From positions 1 through 64,000 of the IMG/VR virus record IMGVR_UViG_3300047557_004483: a stretch of DNA of 64,000 bases, one strand, 5' to 3'. Positions 1 to 7,713 of the stretch are shown here, piece by piece. Each line of letters opens with the position of its first letter. Position 1 is the first letter of the stretch. The DNA comes from a virus (taxonomy: Duplodnaviria; Heunggongvirae; Uroviricota; Caudoviricetes). Both the position numbers and the translations under genes were made by a program. The notes under the pieces were generated by a model, which was not told where the DNA came from, searched no databases, and was given only the letters and a program-made list of their open reading frames with translations.

Positions 1-120
1 TTTAAGATGGGTTCAACGAAGGGGGATATTATATAAGGAACAAGAACCGACGAAGTCGGTCGGGGACCGTCGGTCAAAAAGGGGGTAGGGGGATTGTCGT
101 CGGTTTCCGGCTGCAGAGAA

Positions 121-426
121 TTAACAAGCCCTTTTGCGTTCGAAATATTCTTCGGTAAGGTCAACATAAAATAGGTCCTTCAATTCTTCAAAAACAGCCA
201 AATAGTCAAAACCATCAATCAAATAATATGACTCATGAATGTCATCCATTAAAGTAAGATAAAATTCGTTTTCGTATTGTTCAAAAGAATTTGTCGTACA
301 AGGGTCAACATTTTTTAATGTTTCTTTAAATGATTTTTTAATCATATCATACCTCCTCAATATCCATAACCTACTAGGAGAGTATGTAATTCTTTTATAT
401 TGTTCTTCCGTTATGATATATTTCAT
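121..426 (-). CDS. hypothetical protein with family-A N-terminal leader MKYIITEEQYKRI
   Basis: ORF 121..480 trimmed to the internal ATG (424-426). The first 18 codons of the long ORF are just the translated terminator hairpin of the upstream gene. N-terminus matches 7710, 8167, 15956, 16347 and 17389. Confidence 0.5.
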   Translation of the reverse strand: MKYIITEEQYKRITYSPSRLWILRRYDMIKKSFKETLKNVDPCTTNSFEQYENEFYLTLMDDIHESYYLIDGFDYLAVFEELKDLFYVDLTEEYFERKRAC

Positions 427-439
427 ATAAGATAAATAG

Positions 440-476
440 AACCACAAATAAAAAACCCCTCCGATAAAGAAGGGGT
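440..476 (-). terminator. Rho-independent terminator (CCCCT..AGGGG hairpin + T-run on minus strand) after gene 498..1088
   Basis: Inverted repeat cccctcc/gaagggg followed on the minus strand by TTTTTTATTTG. Confidence 0.5.
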
Positions 477-497
477 TCATAATTCACTATATCGAAA

Positions 498-1088
498 TTA
501 TTTAACAACTGTAAAATTACCCAATTCCATATTTCCCGATAATTTACCCGGAGAATAAGAATATAATTCAACCTGTGTGCCATTTTTCAATGACTGACCC
601 TGATATGTACCAGGTCCTGTAATTGTTCCCAAAATAAACTTCGGTTCAGATTTAACAATCTGAATTGTATAAACCTGACCATCCTTATCCCTTTTTGCTT
701 TAACAACTTGACCTGAAGAAAAATTAGATGATTGATGACTCTGACCTTCAGATTGTTCTTGTATTGTTGTAAGAATTTCATCCCCATCACCACATTCATA
801 ATTATACTTTTTCTTTGTCACAGGGTCCATCGCTCTACCATTAGAATAATATTGCATCTTTCCATCAGTTTTAAATTTCTGACCATTAGGACTAAGACCA
901 TCTTTCATTTTTTTCACACAAGGATATTTCGACCATACATCAGCTTGCTCAACCAATGGTTTTGCATCACCTGACTTTGTACTAACCAATTTTGAAAACT
1001 TCGATGTATCAATTCTAATTTTCTCTGTATGTTGTTCACGGATAGAATTCTTTTCTTTCTCCGTTAAATCATTCAATAAATGTTTCAT
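498..1088 (-). CDS. hypothetical protein; paralog of 1172..1525 (shared KFPC..SP(N/K)GQKFK..Y.NGR core)
   Basis: ATG at 1086-1088. Core motif KYPCVKKMKDGLSPNGQKFK..YYSNGR matches KFPCLSDFKEMVSPKGQKFK..FYPNGR in the neighbour. Confidence 0.55.
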   Translation of the reverse strand: MKHLLNDLTEKEKNSIREQHTEKIRIDTSKFSKLVSTKSGDAKPLVEQADVWSKYPCVKKMKDGLSPNGQKFKTDGKMQYYSNGRAMDPVTKKKYNYECGDGDEILTTIQEQSEGQSHQSSNFSSGQVVKAKRDKDGQVYTIQIVKSEPKFILGTITGPGTYQGQSLKNGTQVELYSYSPGKLSGNMELGNFTVVK

Positions 1089-1107
1089 AATTTTTGTTTA
1101 TAATAAA

Positions 1108-1148
1108 TACCCCATAAAAAATAAAACCCCCTAACATTGTAGGGGGGA
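1108..1148 (-). terminator. Rho-independent terminator CCCCCTA-acattg-TAGGGGG + TTTTATTTTTTAT (minus strand)
   Basis: Perfect 7-bp inverted repeat at 1127-1147, followed on the minus strand by a T-rich run. Confidence 0.6.
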
Positions 1149-1171
1149 TATTATTTAATTTATAATGAACT

Positions 1172-1525
1172 TTAAACGTCAGGTGCGTTAGGAAACTTCG
1201 GGTCATCTGATATAACAATATTCTGATTATCATAACATTTAAAATATGCCATAGTTTTATCGTGCTTATGTAAAACCCTTCCGTTAGGATAGAAATGATA
1301 ATCTCTCCAAAAATCTGTTCCCATTTTAAATTTCTGACCTTTCGGACTAACCATTTCTTTAAAATCACTCAAACAAGGGAATTTAGCAAATTCATCTTGT
1401 TTTTGACTCATACTCTTTGTAGGAAGATTCATCTTATCAACCATTTTAATCATATCTTGTTCGTTCAAAACCCTACTTACTATTCGAGATAAATCACGTT
1501 CTGTTAATCTTACTTTCTTTTTCAT
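1172..1525 (-). CDS. small hypothetical protein, family-B leader MKKKVRLTERDLSRIVSRVLNEQ
   Basis: ATG at 1523-1525. N-terminal 23 aa are near-identical to 1564..2001, 2059..2460 and 35361..35669. Confidence 0.6.
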   Translation of the reverse strand: MKKKVRLTERDLSRIVSRVLNEQDMIKMVDKMNLPTKSMSQKQDEFAKFPCLSDFKEMVSPKGQKFKMGTDFWRDYHFYPNGRVLHKHDKTMAYFKCYDNQNIVISDDPKFPNAPDV

Positions 1526-1563
1526 AGTATTTTTATAATAAATATATTTTTGGAACGTTTTGG

Positions 1564-2001
1564 TTACCTAAGTTCTCCACCTCTGAGAACCCTTGCATTT
1601 ATTCCAAACTTTTTATTTCCTGAAGTAAACAGAAGTGAATCCCCCGTCCAATTTTGACGTTCCATTCCCTGTTTTAATGAAACCACCTTACCTGGTACTT
1701 GTTTCTGACTTTTCAATATATCATTCAAAGACTCCATCCCCAAAGACACATTCCCGAAGTGGTCTGTTTGGTCCATCGGTGTTACGTTCCTCACAACATA
1801 TTTGTTCGGTCCAAAACTTACAACAATTCTATTGTTAATTTTACTTAACACACATGAACCACCAGAGTTTTTAACCAACCCCGTAAGTTCATCGATATTA
1901 ATTTCTTTCAATTCATCCAATAACCCCATCCCCTGTTCATTGATTACTTTATTAACCAAACGAACCAACTCAGTCTCTGTCAATCTTACAACCTTTTTCA
2001 T
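1564..2001 (-). CDS. small hypothetical protein, family-B leader MKKVVRLTETELVRLVNKVINEQ
   Basis: ATG at 1999-2001. The leader is shared with neighbouring genes; the C-terminal parts are unrelated. Confidence 0.6.
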   Translation of the reverse strand: MKKVVRLTETELVRLVNKVINEQGMGLLDELKEINIDELTGLVKNSGGSCVLSKINNRIVVSFGPNKYVVRNVTPMDQTDHFGNVSLGMESLNDILKSQKQVPGKVVSLKQGMERQNWTGDSLLFTSGNKKFGINARVLRGGELR

Positions 2002-2007
2002 ATTTTT

Positions 2008-2048
2008 AATTTTACATGAAAACCCCCACTTAAAATTGGAAGGGGGGC
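2008..2048 (-). terminator. hairpin CCCCC-n14-GGGGG(G) between genes, probable terminator
   Basis: ccccc at 2023-2027 pairs with ggggg at 2042-2047; a TTTTC run follows on the minus strand. Confidence 0.4.
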
Positions 2049-2058
2049 AAACTTCAAT

Positions 2059-2460
2059 TTATTTCATCTTTCCCTTTATACAAGAATATAAATCCCCAAG
2101 TTGAGATGAAGTTTGTTTTAACGAACTAATACATGGACCACTTTGAAAGTTTGATGTCCCACCACACTCTTTTGGAAATTGAAACTTTGTTTGTTGAATA
2201 CATGCAGAAATCACAGGAACACTATCCTTATTCTTGAAAAGAAAATATGCAACCTTACCCATCATTACAGGAGGGAGGTTTCCCAATACCATTTCAATAG
2301 GAAATAATACCATCTTCTTGAGAACCTGTTTCGCATTTGGTAAATCAAAATTTATTGAAGATAATTTATCCATAAATGATGATTGTTTCTCCTGTTCAAT
2401 TAAAACCCTTTTAACCAACTTCGATAAATCCGACTCAGTTAATCTTACAACCTTTTTCAT
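2059..2460 (-). CDS. small Cys-containing hypothetical protein, family-B leader MKKVVRLTESDLSKLVKRVLIEQ
   Basis: ATG at 2458-2460. Conserved leader; 6 Cys in the C-terminal half. Confidence 0.6.
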   Translation of the reverse strand: MKKVVRLTESDLSKLVKRVLIEQEKQSSFMDKLSSINFDLPNAKQVLKKMVLFPIEMVLGNLPPVMMGKVAYFLFKNKDSVPVISACIQQTKFQFPKECGGTSNFQSGPCISSLKQTSSQLGDLYSCIKGKMK

Positions 2461-2488
2461 ATATTCCTACTTTATCATAAATACAAAA

Positions 2489-2521
2489 TTTTCCCAAAAA
2501 TTTTTTTTTGACTATAGGGGG
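2489..2521 (-). promoter_or_regulatory. conserved upstream element copy 1: (minus strand) CCCCT-ATAGTC-AAAAAAAAATTTTTGGGAAAA, about 50 nt upstream of the ATG of 2059..2460
   Basis: Near-identical copies at 2868-2899 and 3201-3245, each upstream of a minus-strand small gene. Confidence 0.45.
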
Positions 2522-2544
2522 TAAATTATAAAAGGGGGGTCATG

Positions 2545-2832
2545 TTATCTACCATCATATTGCCACATTACAGCATTACAGTGTGAATGAACAGCACCTT
2601 CCGTCATATTAGTTACATGATTATGTTGAAGATGAATCGGATAATCAAAAAACTTGGATGGGAAAAGACTCTCGTCGATTTGTTTGAAAATATGTGGAGA
2701 TAAATTATCCAATCTTTCGCCACAATAATAACACAACCCTTTTTGTTCTGATATATACTGTTCCCTAACTTCCCTCTTCTCTAATTGATTTAGTTTTGTA
2801 TAATCAGTGGGTAAATTATATTTTTTTTCCAT
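2545..2832 (-). CDS. HNH endonuclease
   Basis: CYYCGERL..HLQHNH..HSHCN is a CxxC..H-N-H..CN zinc-finger/HNH motif. The ORF-track start at 2877 is TTG; the first ATG (MEKKYNL) is at 2830-2832. Confidence 0.6.
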   Translation of the reverse strand: MEKKYNLPTDYTKLNQLEKREVREQYISEQKGLCYYCGERLDNLSPHIFKQIDESLFPSKFFDYPIHLQHNHVTNMTEGAVHSHCNAVMWQYDGR

Positions 2833-2867
2833 TTGGTTAGTATAATGAACAAACCGAAATGGGTCAA

Positions 2868-2899
2868 TTTTTCCCAAAAATTTTTTTTGATTAAAGGGG
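2868..2899 (-). promoter_or_regulatory. conserved upstream element copy 2 (CCCCTTTAATC-AAAAAAAATTTTTGGGAAAA on minus strand) upstream of the HNH gene
   Basis: Direct sequence identity with copies 1 and 3; GGGTTTATAAACCC palindrome adjacent. Confidence 0.45.
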
Positions 2900-2900
2900 T

Positions 2901-3173
2901 TTATAAACCCAATTTAGATTTAACGTAAGCCAACAACTCCCTTTCATATTTCAGATATGATTTCCAATATGACTCGTCATCCCCAAACTCATCAATGTCG
3001 TTGAAGTTTTTACTTTTAATTAACTGTCTGATACCATCATATAATGCCGTGTCCAAACTCTCCCCGTCATCAATCATTTCCTTAACGTCAAGAACAATTT
3101 GTTCAAGGTCTTCCATAGAAAACCTCCTTTTCAAAAAATTTGTTAGTTGTGATTCTTTAACAATATAATCCAT
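2901..3173 (-). CDS. hypothetical acidic small protein
   Basis: ATG at 3171-3173; preceded by conserved upstream element copy 3. Confidence 0.5.
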   Translation of the reverse strand: MDYIVKESQLTNFLKRRFSMEDLEQIVLDVKEMIDDGESLDTALYDGIRQLIKSKNFNDIDEFGDDESYWKSYLKYERELLAYVKSKLGL

Positions 3174-3200
3174 AGTTTATAAATACCCAAAATGGTCCCA

Positions 3201-3245
3201 TTTTTCCCAAAAATTTTTTTCGTTTAACAGAGGGGATTATACCCC
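3201..3245 (-). promoter_or_regulatory. conserved upstream element copy 3 (GGGGGTATAATCCCC hairpin + AAAAAAATTTTTGGGAAAA on minus strand)
   Basis: Sequence identity with copies at 2489 and 2868. Confidence 0.45.
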
Positions 3246-3405
3246 CTATTCTGACATTCTGACGTATGGGGAGGGGGGATACCTAGGAGGAGGGGGGTGG
3301 CACCCCCATGCCAGAGGGGGGTATAATGGGGGGGAGTTATCCACAATTTATACCCCTCCCCCTGTTAGTTACTAACAGACATAATGACGGGGGGGGATAA
3401 GTAAG

Positions 3406-3834
3406 TTAAGTTGTGGGGATAAGTTTTTTTGGTATTAAGAAACCTGACACTCCTATTGAGGTGGGGAGTTTAAGGTCAGATGGAATAGATTGGGAGTAGT
3501 GTACTCCTCTGATGGTCTCTTCGATTTCTTTTTGGAGTGGGAGATAGTCTTCCTCTGTATCGAAGAAGAATTTAAATGACATACCATATACATAACCTGG
3601 CATGAATATCTCACTGAGGTATTTTAGGTGGGACCATATCTTTGCTTCGGGGTATTCTTCCATGAACATATTCGGGTCGATAATAATATATACAAAATGG
3701 ACCGAGTTATAGTCTTCGAAGTTCTCGGTGGGGACCACATCAATAATGAAGGGGAACTCTTTCTTTAGTAATCTTTTGGTTACCTTATATTCATAGTTGT
3801 CCAAGAATTCTTCCCTTGTTAGTTTACCGAACAT
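3406..3834 (-). CDS. hypothetical protein
   Basis: Clean ORF; no recognisable motif. Confidence 0.5.
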   Translation of the reverse strand: MFGKLTREEFLDNYEYKVTKRLLKKEFPFIIDVVPTENFEDYNSVHFVYIIIDPNMFMEEYPEAKIWSHLKYLSEIFMPGYVYGMSFKFFFDTEEDYLPLQKEIEETIRGVHYSQSIPSDLKLPTSIGVSGFLIPKKLIPTT

Positions 3835-4102
3835 AAATTATTTTTTGTTATATCATAAATACATTGTATCTTTGCTTTGTCTGAATATAAGTAGGACGGG
3901 CTGGAGCGAACCTCTTGGAGCTGAATCAGGGGCAGGTTGCTTAATAATATTATTAAGGTCAAGTTTTCTGCTCGAAAAACTTGACCTTAATATGTGGATA
4001 ACTTTATTTGGCAATATGGGAAATATTTCGTATCTTTGTAGGTTATTCCCCCCTATAAAAAAAAGTTTTTGCCATGTCAGAAAATAGTCGTATCTTTGTG
4101 GT

Positions 4103-4513
4103 ATGACAAACAACAATAAGACATATCTAAAGACATCGACCATTACAGAGATGACCCTCCCGCAATTAAGGAAGGTGACAGACCTTACTCTTATGTATTG
4201 TACCAATAAGTTCGGGACCCATAAGTATAAGCCTGTGCCTAAGGTCAGCATCATAAACAACCCCGACTATAAGTTCTATGGCATGTTCGAGTGTTCGAAG
4301 AATACCATTGTATTGAACAGGGCATATTGTGATACCGTGAAGTTGTATACCCAAACCCTACTTCATGAGTATACTCACTACCTTCAGAACATGACCAAGT
4401 ATACCCAAATATTCAAGAAGGTTGGATATGATACTCACCCCTATGAAGTGGAGGCAAGAAACAATGAGCAGTTATATTCAGAAGCTTTCAAACAAATAAA
4501 ACCATTGATATGA
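4103..4513 (+). CDS. putative zinc metallopeptidase (HExxH: LLHEYTHYLQ) small protein
   Basis: HEYTH motif with a downstream Glu (HPYEVEA). Two TATCTTTG -7-like promoter elements lie immediately upstream (4027-4042, 4088-4102). Confidence 0.5.
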   Translation: MTNNNKTYLKTSTITEMTLPQLRKVTDLTLMYCTNKFGTHKYKPVPKVSIINNPDYKFYGMFECSKNTIVLNRAYCDTVKLYTQTLLHEYTHYLQNMTKYTQIFKKVGYDTHPYEVEARNNEQLYSEAFKQIKPLI

Positions 4514-4658
4514 GATTCATACTATCCGCACTTGTCGTAGGGTTCCTATTCCTTTGGGGGTTACAAAACATCCCCGACTTTATTGGATATATAATTGTGG
4601 GGACCGTAGTAATTCTATTAGTAAGAGAAATAAATAAAAAGTAATATGAGAAAGTTTC

Positions 4659-4973
4659 TTAAAGCAGTTTTCCTTGGGTATCTCCTGATGTGGGTATGGT
4701 CCCTGTTTCAGAATAGGAACCGATAAGTTGTTGACACCAAGCAACTAAGTCCTTGGGGGTTGCACTCTCCCCACCATAAACGTATAGTCCCTCGACTTTA
4801 GCTTCCACACATGCCCATCCACTCTGTCGGATGGGTTTTGTGTTCCACCCCTTCTTTGCTTTCTCGAAATATAATACCCCCACTTCTATTCCCTCTACCT
4901 GTAATACTACTCTCACTCGGTCCTCAGTAAGTGACTCTATCGTTGGGGTTACAATGTCTTTCCATGTCTTCAT
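4659..4973 (-). CDS. hypothetical protein
   Basis: ORF only. Confidence 0.45.
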   Translation of the reverse strand: MKTWKDIVTPTIESLTEDRVRVVLQVEGIEVGVLYFEKAKKGWNTKPIRQSGWACVEAKVEGLYVYGGESATPKDLVAWCQQLIGSYSETGTIPTSGDTQGKLL

Positions 4974-5697
4974 GTCATAATGGTATTACGGAACATATAA
5001 AAATAAATAATTATCCACACTGACATTGTGTCTGACGCTATTAAAAAAGGGGATGTGGATAACTTTTTATACGGAAAAATTTGGAATTGTCAGAATGTCA
5101 GGGGATGCGTTGAGATGGGGATAATCCCCTCGACACATTTTCCCCCACTTTCTCCCACCACTGATTCCCACTTTTTACCACCGATATTGTGTTATAGATA
5201 GTGTCAGGACCACTTTTTCCCCTCTGCAGATATCAGGAGGACCATATTTTTACTATATCTATTTCCCAGATAAAAAAGGATAATATAGTGTAGTAGCGGG
5301 GGAGTGAACGAAGTGAACCTAAGATAGTATAAAATACCCCTTCAACGACCGAAGGGATAGGTTTTAGATGACCCCTCGTATGGACCAAACGAGTCCCCTT
5401 CATAGTGGACAACTCATATGGTGGGAATATGTGGGAAGAGTATAATTTTGTCATTAGAACCACAAAGTGGTACCTTACACAAAAAATTACTCTTAAAGAA
5501 CTATATGGTTTACTCCTTATGATTATATCTGATTACATATAATTTAAACCGAAGGTATGTTTTTATATGTAATTGCATATAATCATCTAAACAAACCATT
5601 ATACCACCATCTCATTATGTCCTGTCATTAAATGGGGGACGAACTATATGGTGGGGGAGTTGTAAAGGATTACTCGACAACTTATATATTTATTATC

Positions 5698-6243
5698 ATG
5701 GAAGAATCATTAAAGAAATTAATTAGAAAAGTTATACTACCGAAATATTATTGGATTAAGGATTTTGATGTTCAGGTAAGGAAAAAAGATGATACAGGTG
5801 ATTCATATCGTGTTCTTTATTTTGTTGATAAAGATGTACATTATGAACGTAGTGTAATTGATAATATACAAAATGATACTAAAGAATTATATGATGTTCT
5901 CGGACTTCACAAATTTGATTTCTATGAAGGTGTTATGTTTTTTAGTTATCAATCACATAAAATGCAACAATCATTAGAAAAATTAATTGGAGAAGTTATA
6001 CTACCGAAATACCCTTGGATAAAGGATTTTGATGTTTTTGGAGAAGACGATTTCGGAGAGTATATATATAGTATTCACTATTACGTTGATTTTGATGAAT
6101 ATGAGAAAAAGGATAGAAATGAAATTACTCATATAAAATCTGAAAGTAAAAATTTATTTAATTCTCTTGAACCGAAAGAAAATGATTTTTTTAGAGATAT
6201 AGAATTTCTTAATGCTCGAGAATACAATTTGAACCCTAAATAA
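5698..6243 (+). CDS. hypothetical protein with two copies of an about 90-aa repeat (KLI(R/G)xVILPKY(Y/P)WIKDFDV..)
   Basis: Internal duplication. A third copy of the domain forms the next gene. Start moved to the ATG at 5698 (MEESLKK). Confidence 0.55.
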   Translation: MEESLKKLIRKVILPKYYWIKDFDVQVRKKDDTGDSYRVLYFVDKDVHYERSVIDNIQNDTKELYDVLGLHKFDFYEGVMFFSYQSHKMQQSLEKLIGEVILPKYPWIKDFDVFGEDDFGEYIYSIHYYVDFDEYEKKDRNEITHIKSESKNLFNSLEPKENDFFRDIEFLNAREYNLNPK

Positions 6244-6265
6244 CACATACGATTATAGACTGAGT

Positions 6266-6565
6266 ATGATGAAAGTTTTGTTAGATAAGTTGATAAGGAA
6301 ATTGATAATTGGTAAGTATCCTTTTATAGAGGACTTTGAAATAAAGGCAGATACTTTTAGACCCGTTATGGGTAAGTTAAAAAAGATTGGTGTTGAAAAA
6401 TATGTGGTCATTTATTATGTTACCCCTGACGAAGATGGAGATATTACTATAACAGAAGATTTTAAAGAAGTGGCTGAATTAACTGAGACTTGTTTTAATG
6501 CACTCGGACCTGAGCACTATCAGCGATTTGATGATGTGGAGTTTCATAGTACTGAAACTATATAA
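6266..6565 (+). CDS. hypothetical protein, single copy of the KLIRKLIIGKYPFIEDFEI repeat domain
   Basis: Paralogous to the two halves of 5698..6243. Both genes are followed by the same 15-nt post-stop element ACATACGATTATAGA. Confidence 0.55.
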   Translation: MMKVLLDKLIRKLIIGKYPFIEDFEIKADTFRPVMGKLKKIGVEKYVVIYYVTPDEDGDITITEDFKEVAELTETCFNALGPEHYQRFDDVEFHSTETI

Positions 6566-6572
6566 TACATAC

Positions 6573-6659
6573 GATTATAGAGTAAGGTGGTGAACGCAAG
6601 GACTTCCGAACGAAGTGAGGAATGTATTGTCCTGTAGTGAACTAACTTACTCTATAATC
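6573..6659. repeat. 14-bp perfect inverted repeat (GATTATAGAGTAAG / CTTACTCTATAATC) with a 59-nt GC-richer spacer; bidirectional terminator or small structured RNA between convergent genes
   Basis: Arms at 6573-6586 and 6646-6659. The spacer contains GAACGAAGTGA, shared with 5304-5318. Confidence 0.5.
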
Positions 6660-6678
6660 TCACATTTATAGATTGATA

Positions 6679-7089
6679 CTAACCTACTATCTTAATATTG
6701 ATACCCATATAACCGCAAAGACCTTTGATATGCTCTATCTTTTTTTCTGTAGAAGAATATGTAGAGACAAACCCTCCGTTATTAATTTGGAATTTTGATG
6801 AGTTATCATTATGTGACTCGGGAAATTCATTTTCTGTTTTTCGTAAAAAACAATTTAAGAATGGTTTCATTTCATCATAGGATAGAATCTTAGAAACATC
6901 CATTAAGAACTGTGTATAGTTTCTCGTGAAAATATCACTGTCGTATGTTTTTCCTAACGCTTGAAAATGTAGAATTGTTTTGGGAGACTTTTTTTGTTTT
7001 GTGGTAGTTTTTTGATTAACAAAATTAATTACCATGTTGATGAATTCATCTTGGTTATCCCTGATTGTTTTTTCTAATAGATTTGTCAT
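6679..7089 (-). CDS. hypothetical protein
   Basis: ORF only. Confidence 0.5.
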   Translation of the reverse strand: MTNLLEKTIRDNQDEFINMVINFVNQKTTTKQKKSPKTILHFQALGKTYDSDIFTRNYTQFLMDVSKILSYDEMKPFLNCFLRKTENEFPESHNDNSSKFQINNGGFVSTYSSTEKKIEHIKGLCGYMGINIKIVG

Positions 7090-7206
7090 TATAATTATGT
7101 TTCTACAAAAATAAAGATTATTAAAATATAAATCAATATCTAGCTAGTAAAATTTTTTTGTGGTATCGGAATTTATCGTAAATTTGTATTTCTAAATGAA
7201 ACTACC

Positions 7207-7713
7207 ATGGATTTAACAAACTACACAATCGAAGAACTTAAAGAATTAAAGAATACAATTTCTAATATGATTCATACACATGAAGATGGTTATTTGTATA
7301 TCTGCAAAGTACGTTCTTACGGACGTAATTGGGTAGAAAGTGATATTAAAAACAAACATACTCTTCAGGACCTTCTTTACAAATACGATGGTGAAGATGG
7401 TATTGTGGATGTTTATTCTACTAACCCCGACCTCGGTGAGATACATAACTATGGTGAATTGAACTATATCGTCTCTGAAGAAGACTATGAAAAGTGGAAC
7501 AGATATGAAGTTCTAAAACAAGTGATATCACAGATTGAAAAACAACTTGAGGATTGGGATAATCGTGATAATATACCATTCGGAGAAAGACCTAAGTTTT
7601 CGCCTATATACACTCGTGAAGACTTGTTGGAATATAAAAAGAAACTTGAGGAGTACGATATGTCTTTTATTCCTCCGAAACCTTTTGTTTCTTCCAATAT
7701 TTATAATACATGA
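7207..7713 (+). CDS. hypothetical protein
   Basis: ORF preceded by TAAATTTG (a TAnnTTTG -7-like element). Confidence 0.55.
   Translation: MDLTNYTIEELKELKNTISNMIHTHEDGYLYICKVRSYGRNWVESDIKNKHTLQDLLYKYDGEDGIVDVYSTNPDLGEIHNYGELNYIVSEEDYEKWNRYEVLKQVISQIEKQLEDWDNRDNIPFGERPKFSPIYTREDLLEYKKKLEEYDMSFIPPKPFVSSNIYNT

Larger units (their letters stand above)
3337..5062. promoter_or_regulatory. cluster of four perfect DnaA-box 9-mers (TTATCCACA) in G-rich non-coding islands; candidate replication origin or DnaA-binding region
   Basis: TTATCCACA at 3337-3345 and 5011-5019; TGTGGATAA (reverse complement) at 3993-4001 and 5054-5062. The region is flanked by poly-G tracts and CTGACATTCTGAC-type repeats. Confidence 0.45.

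Noticed and set aside
427-480. N-terminal extension MNPFFIGGVFYLWFYLSY of ORF 121..480.
   Set aside because: It is the translated Rho-independent terminator hairpin (CCCCTTC..GAAGGGG + T-run) of the upstream gene. The conserved MKYIITEEQ start lies at 424-426.
2489-2521. Mimivirus-like AAAATTGA early promoter and hairpin-rule termination, which would suggest a giant eukaryotic virus.
   Set aside because: The motif here is AAAAATTTTTGGGAAAA, not AAAATTGA. The gene content (umuDC, Dam, S74-chaperone fibres, DUF3310, Bacteroidetes -7 promoters, H1-like protein) points to a bacteriophage.
3853-4260. 135-aa ORF on the minus strand spanning the non-coding DnaA-box and promoter region.
   Set aside because: It overlaps the well-supported plus-strand gene 4103..4513 and the repeat-rich intergenic region, and has no leader or promoter context.
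5233-5463. 76-aa ORF inside the 4975-5697 intergenic region.
   Set aside because: It sits in a repeat- and hairpin-rich non-coding island (TATATGGTGGG repeats, TTACATATAA inverted repeat); probably spurious.
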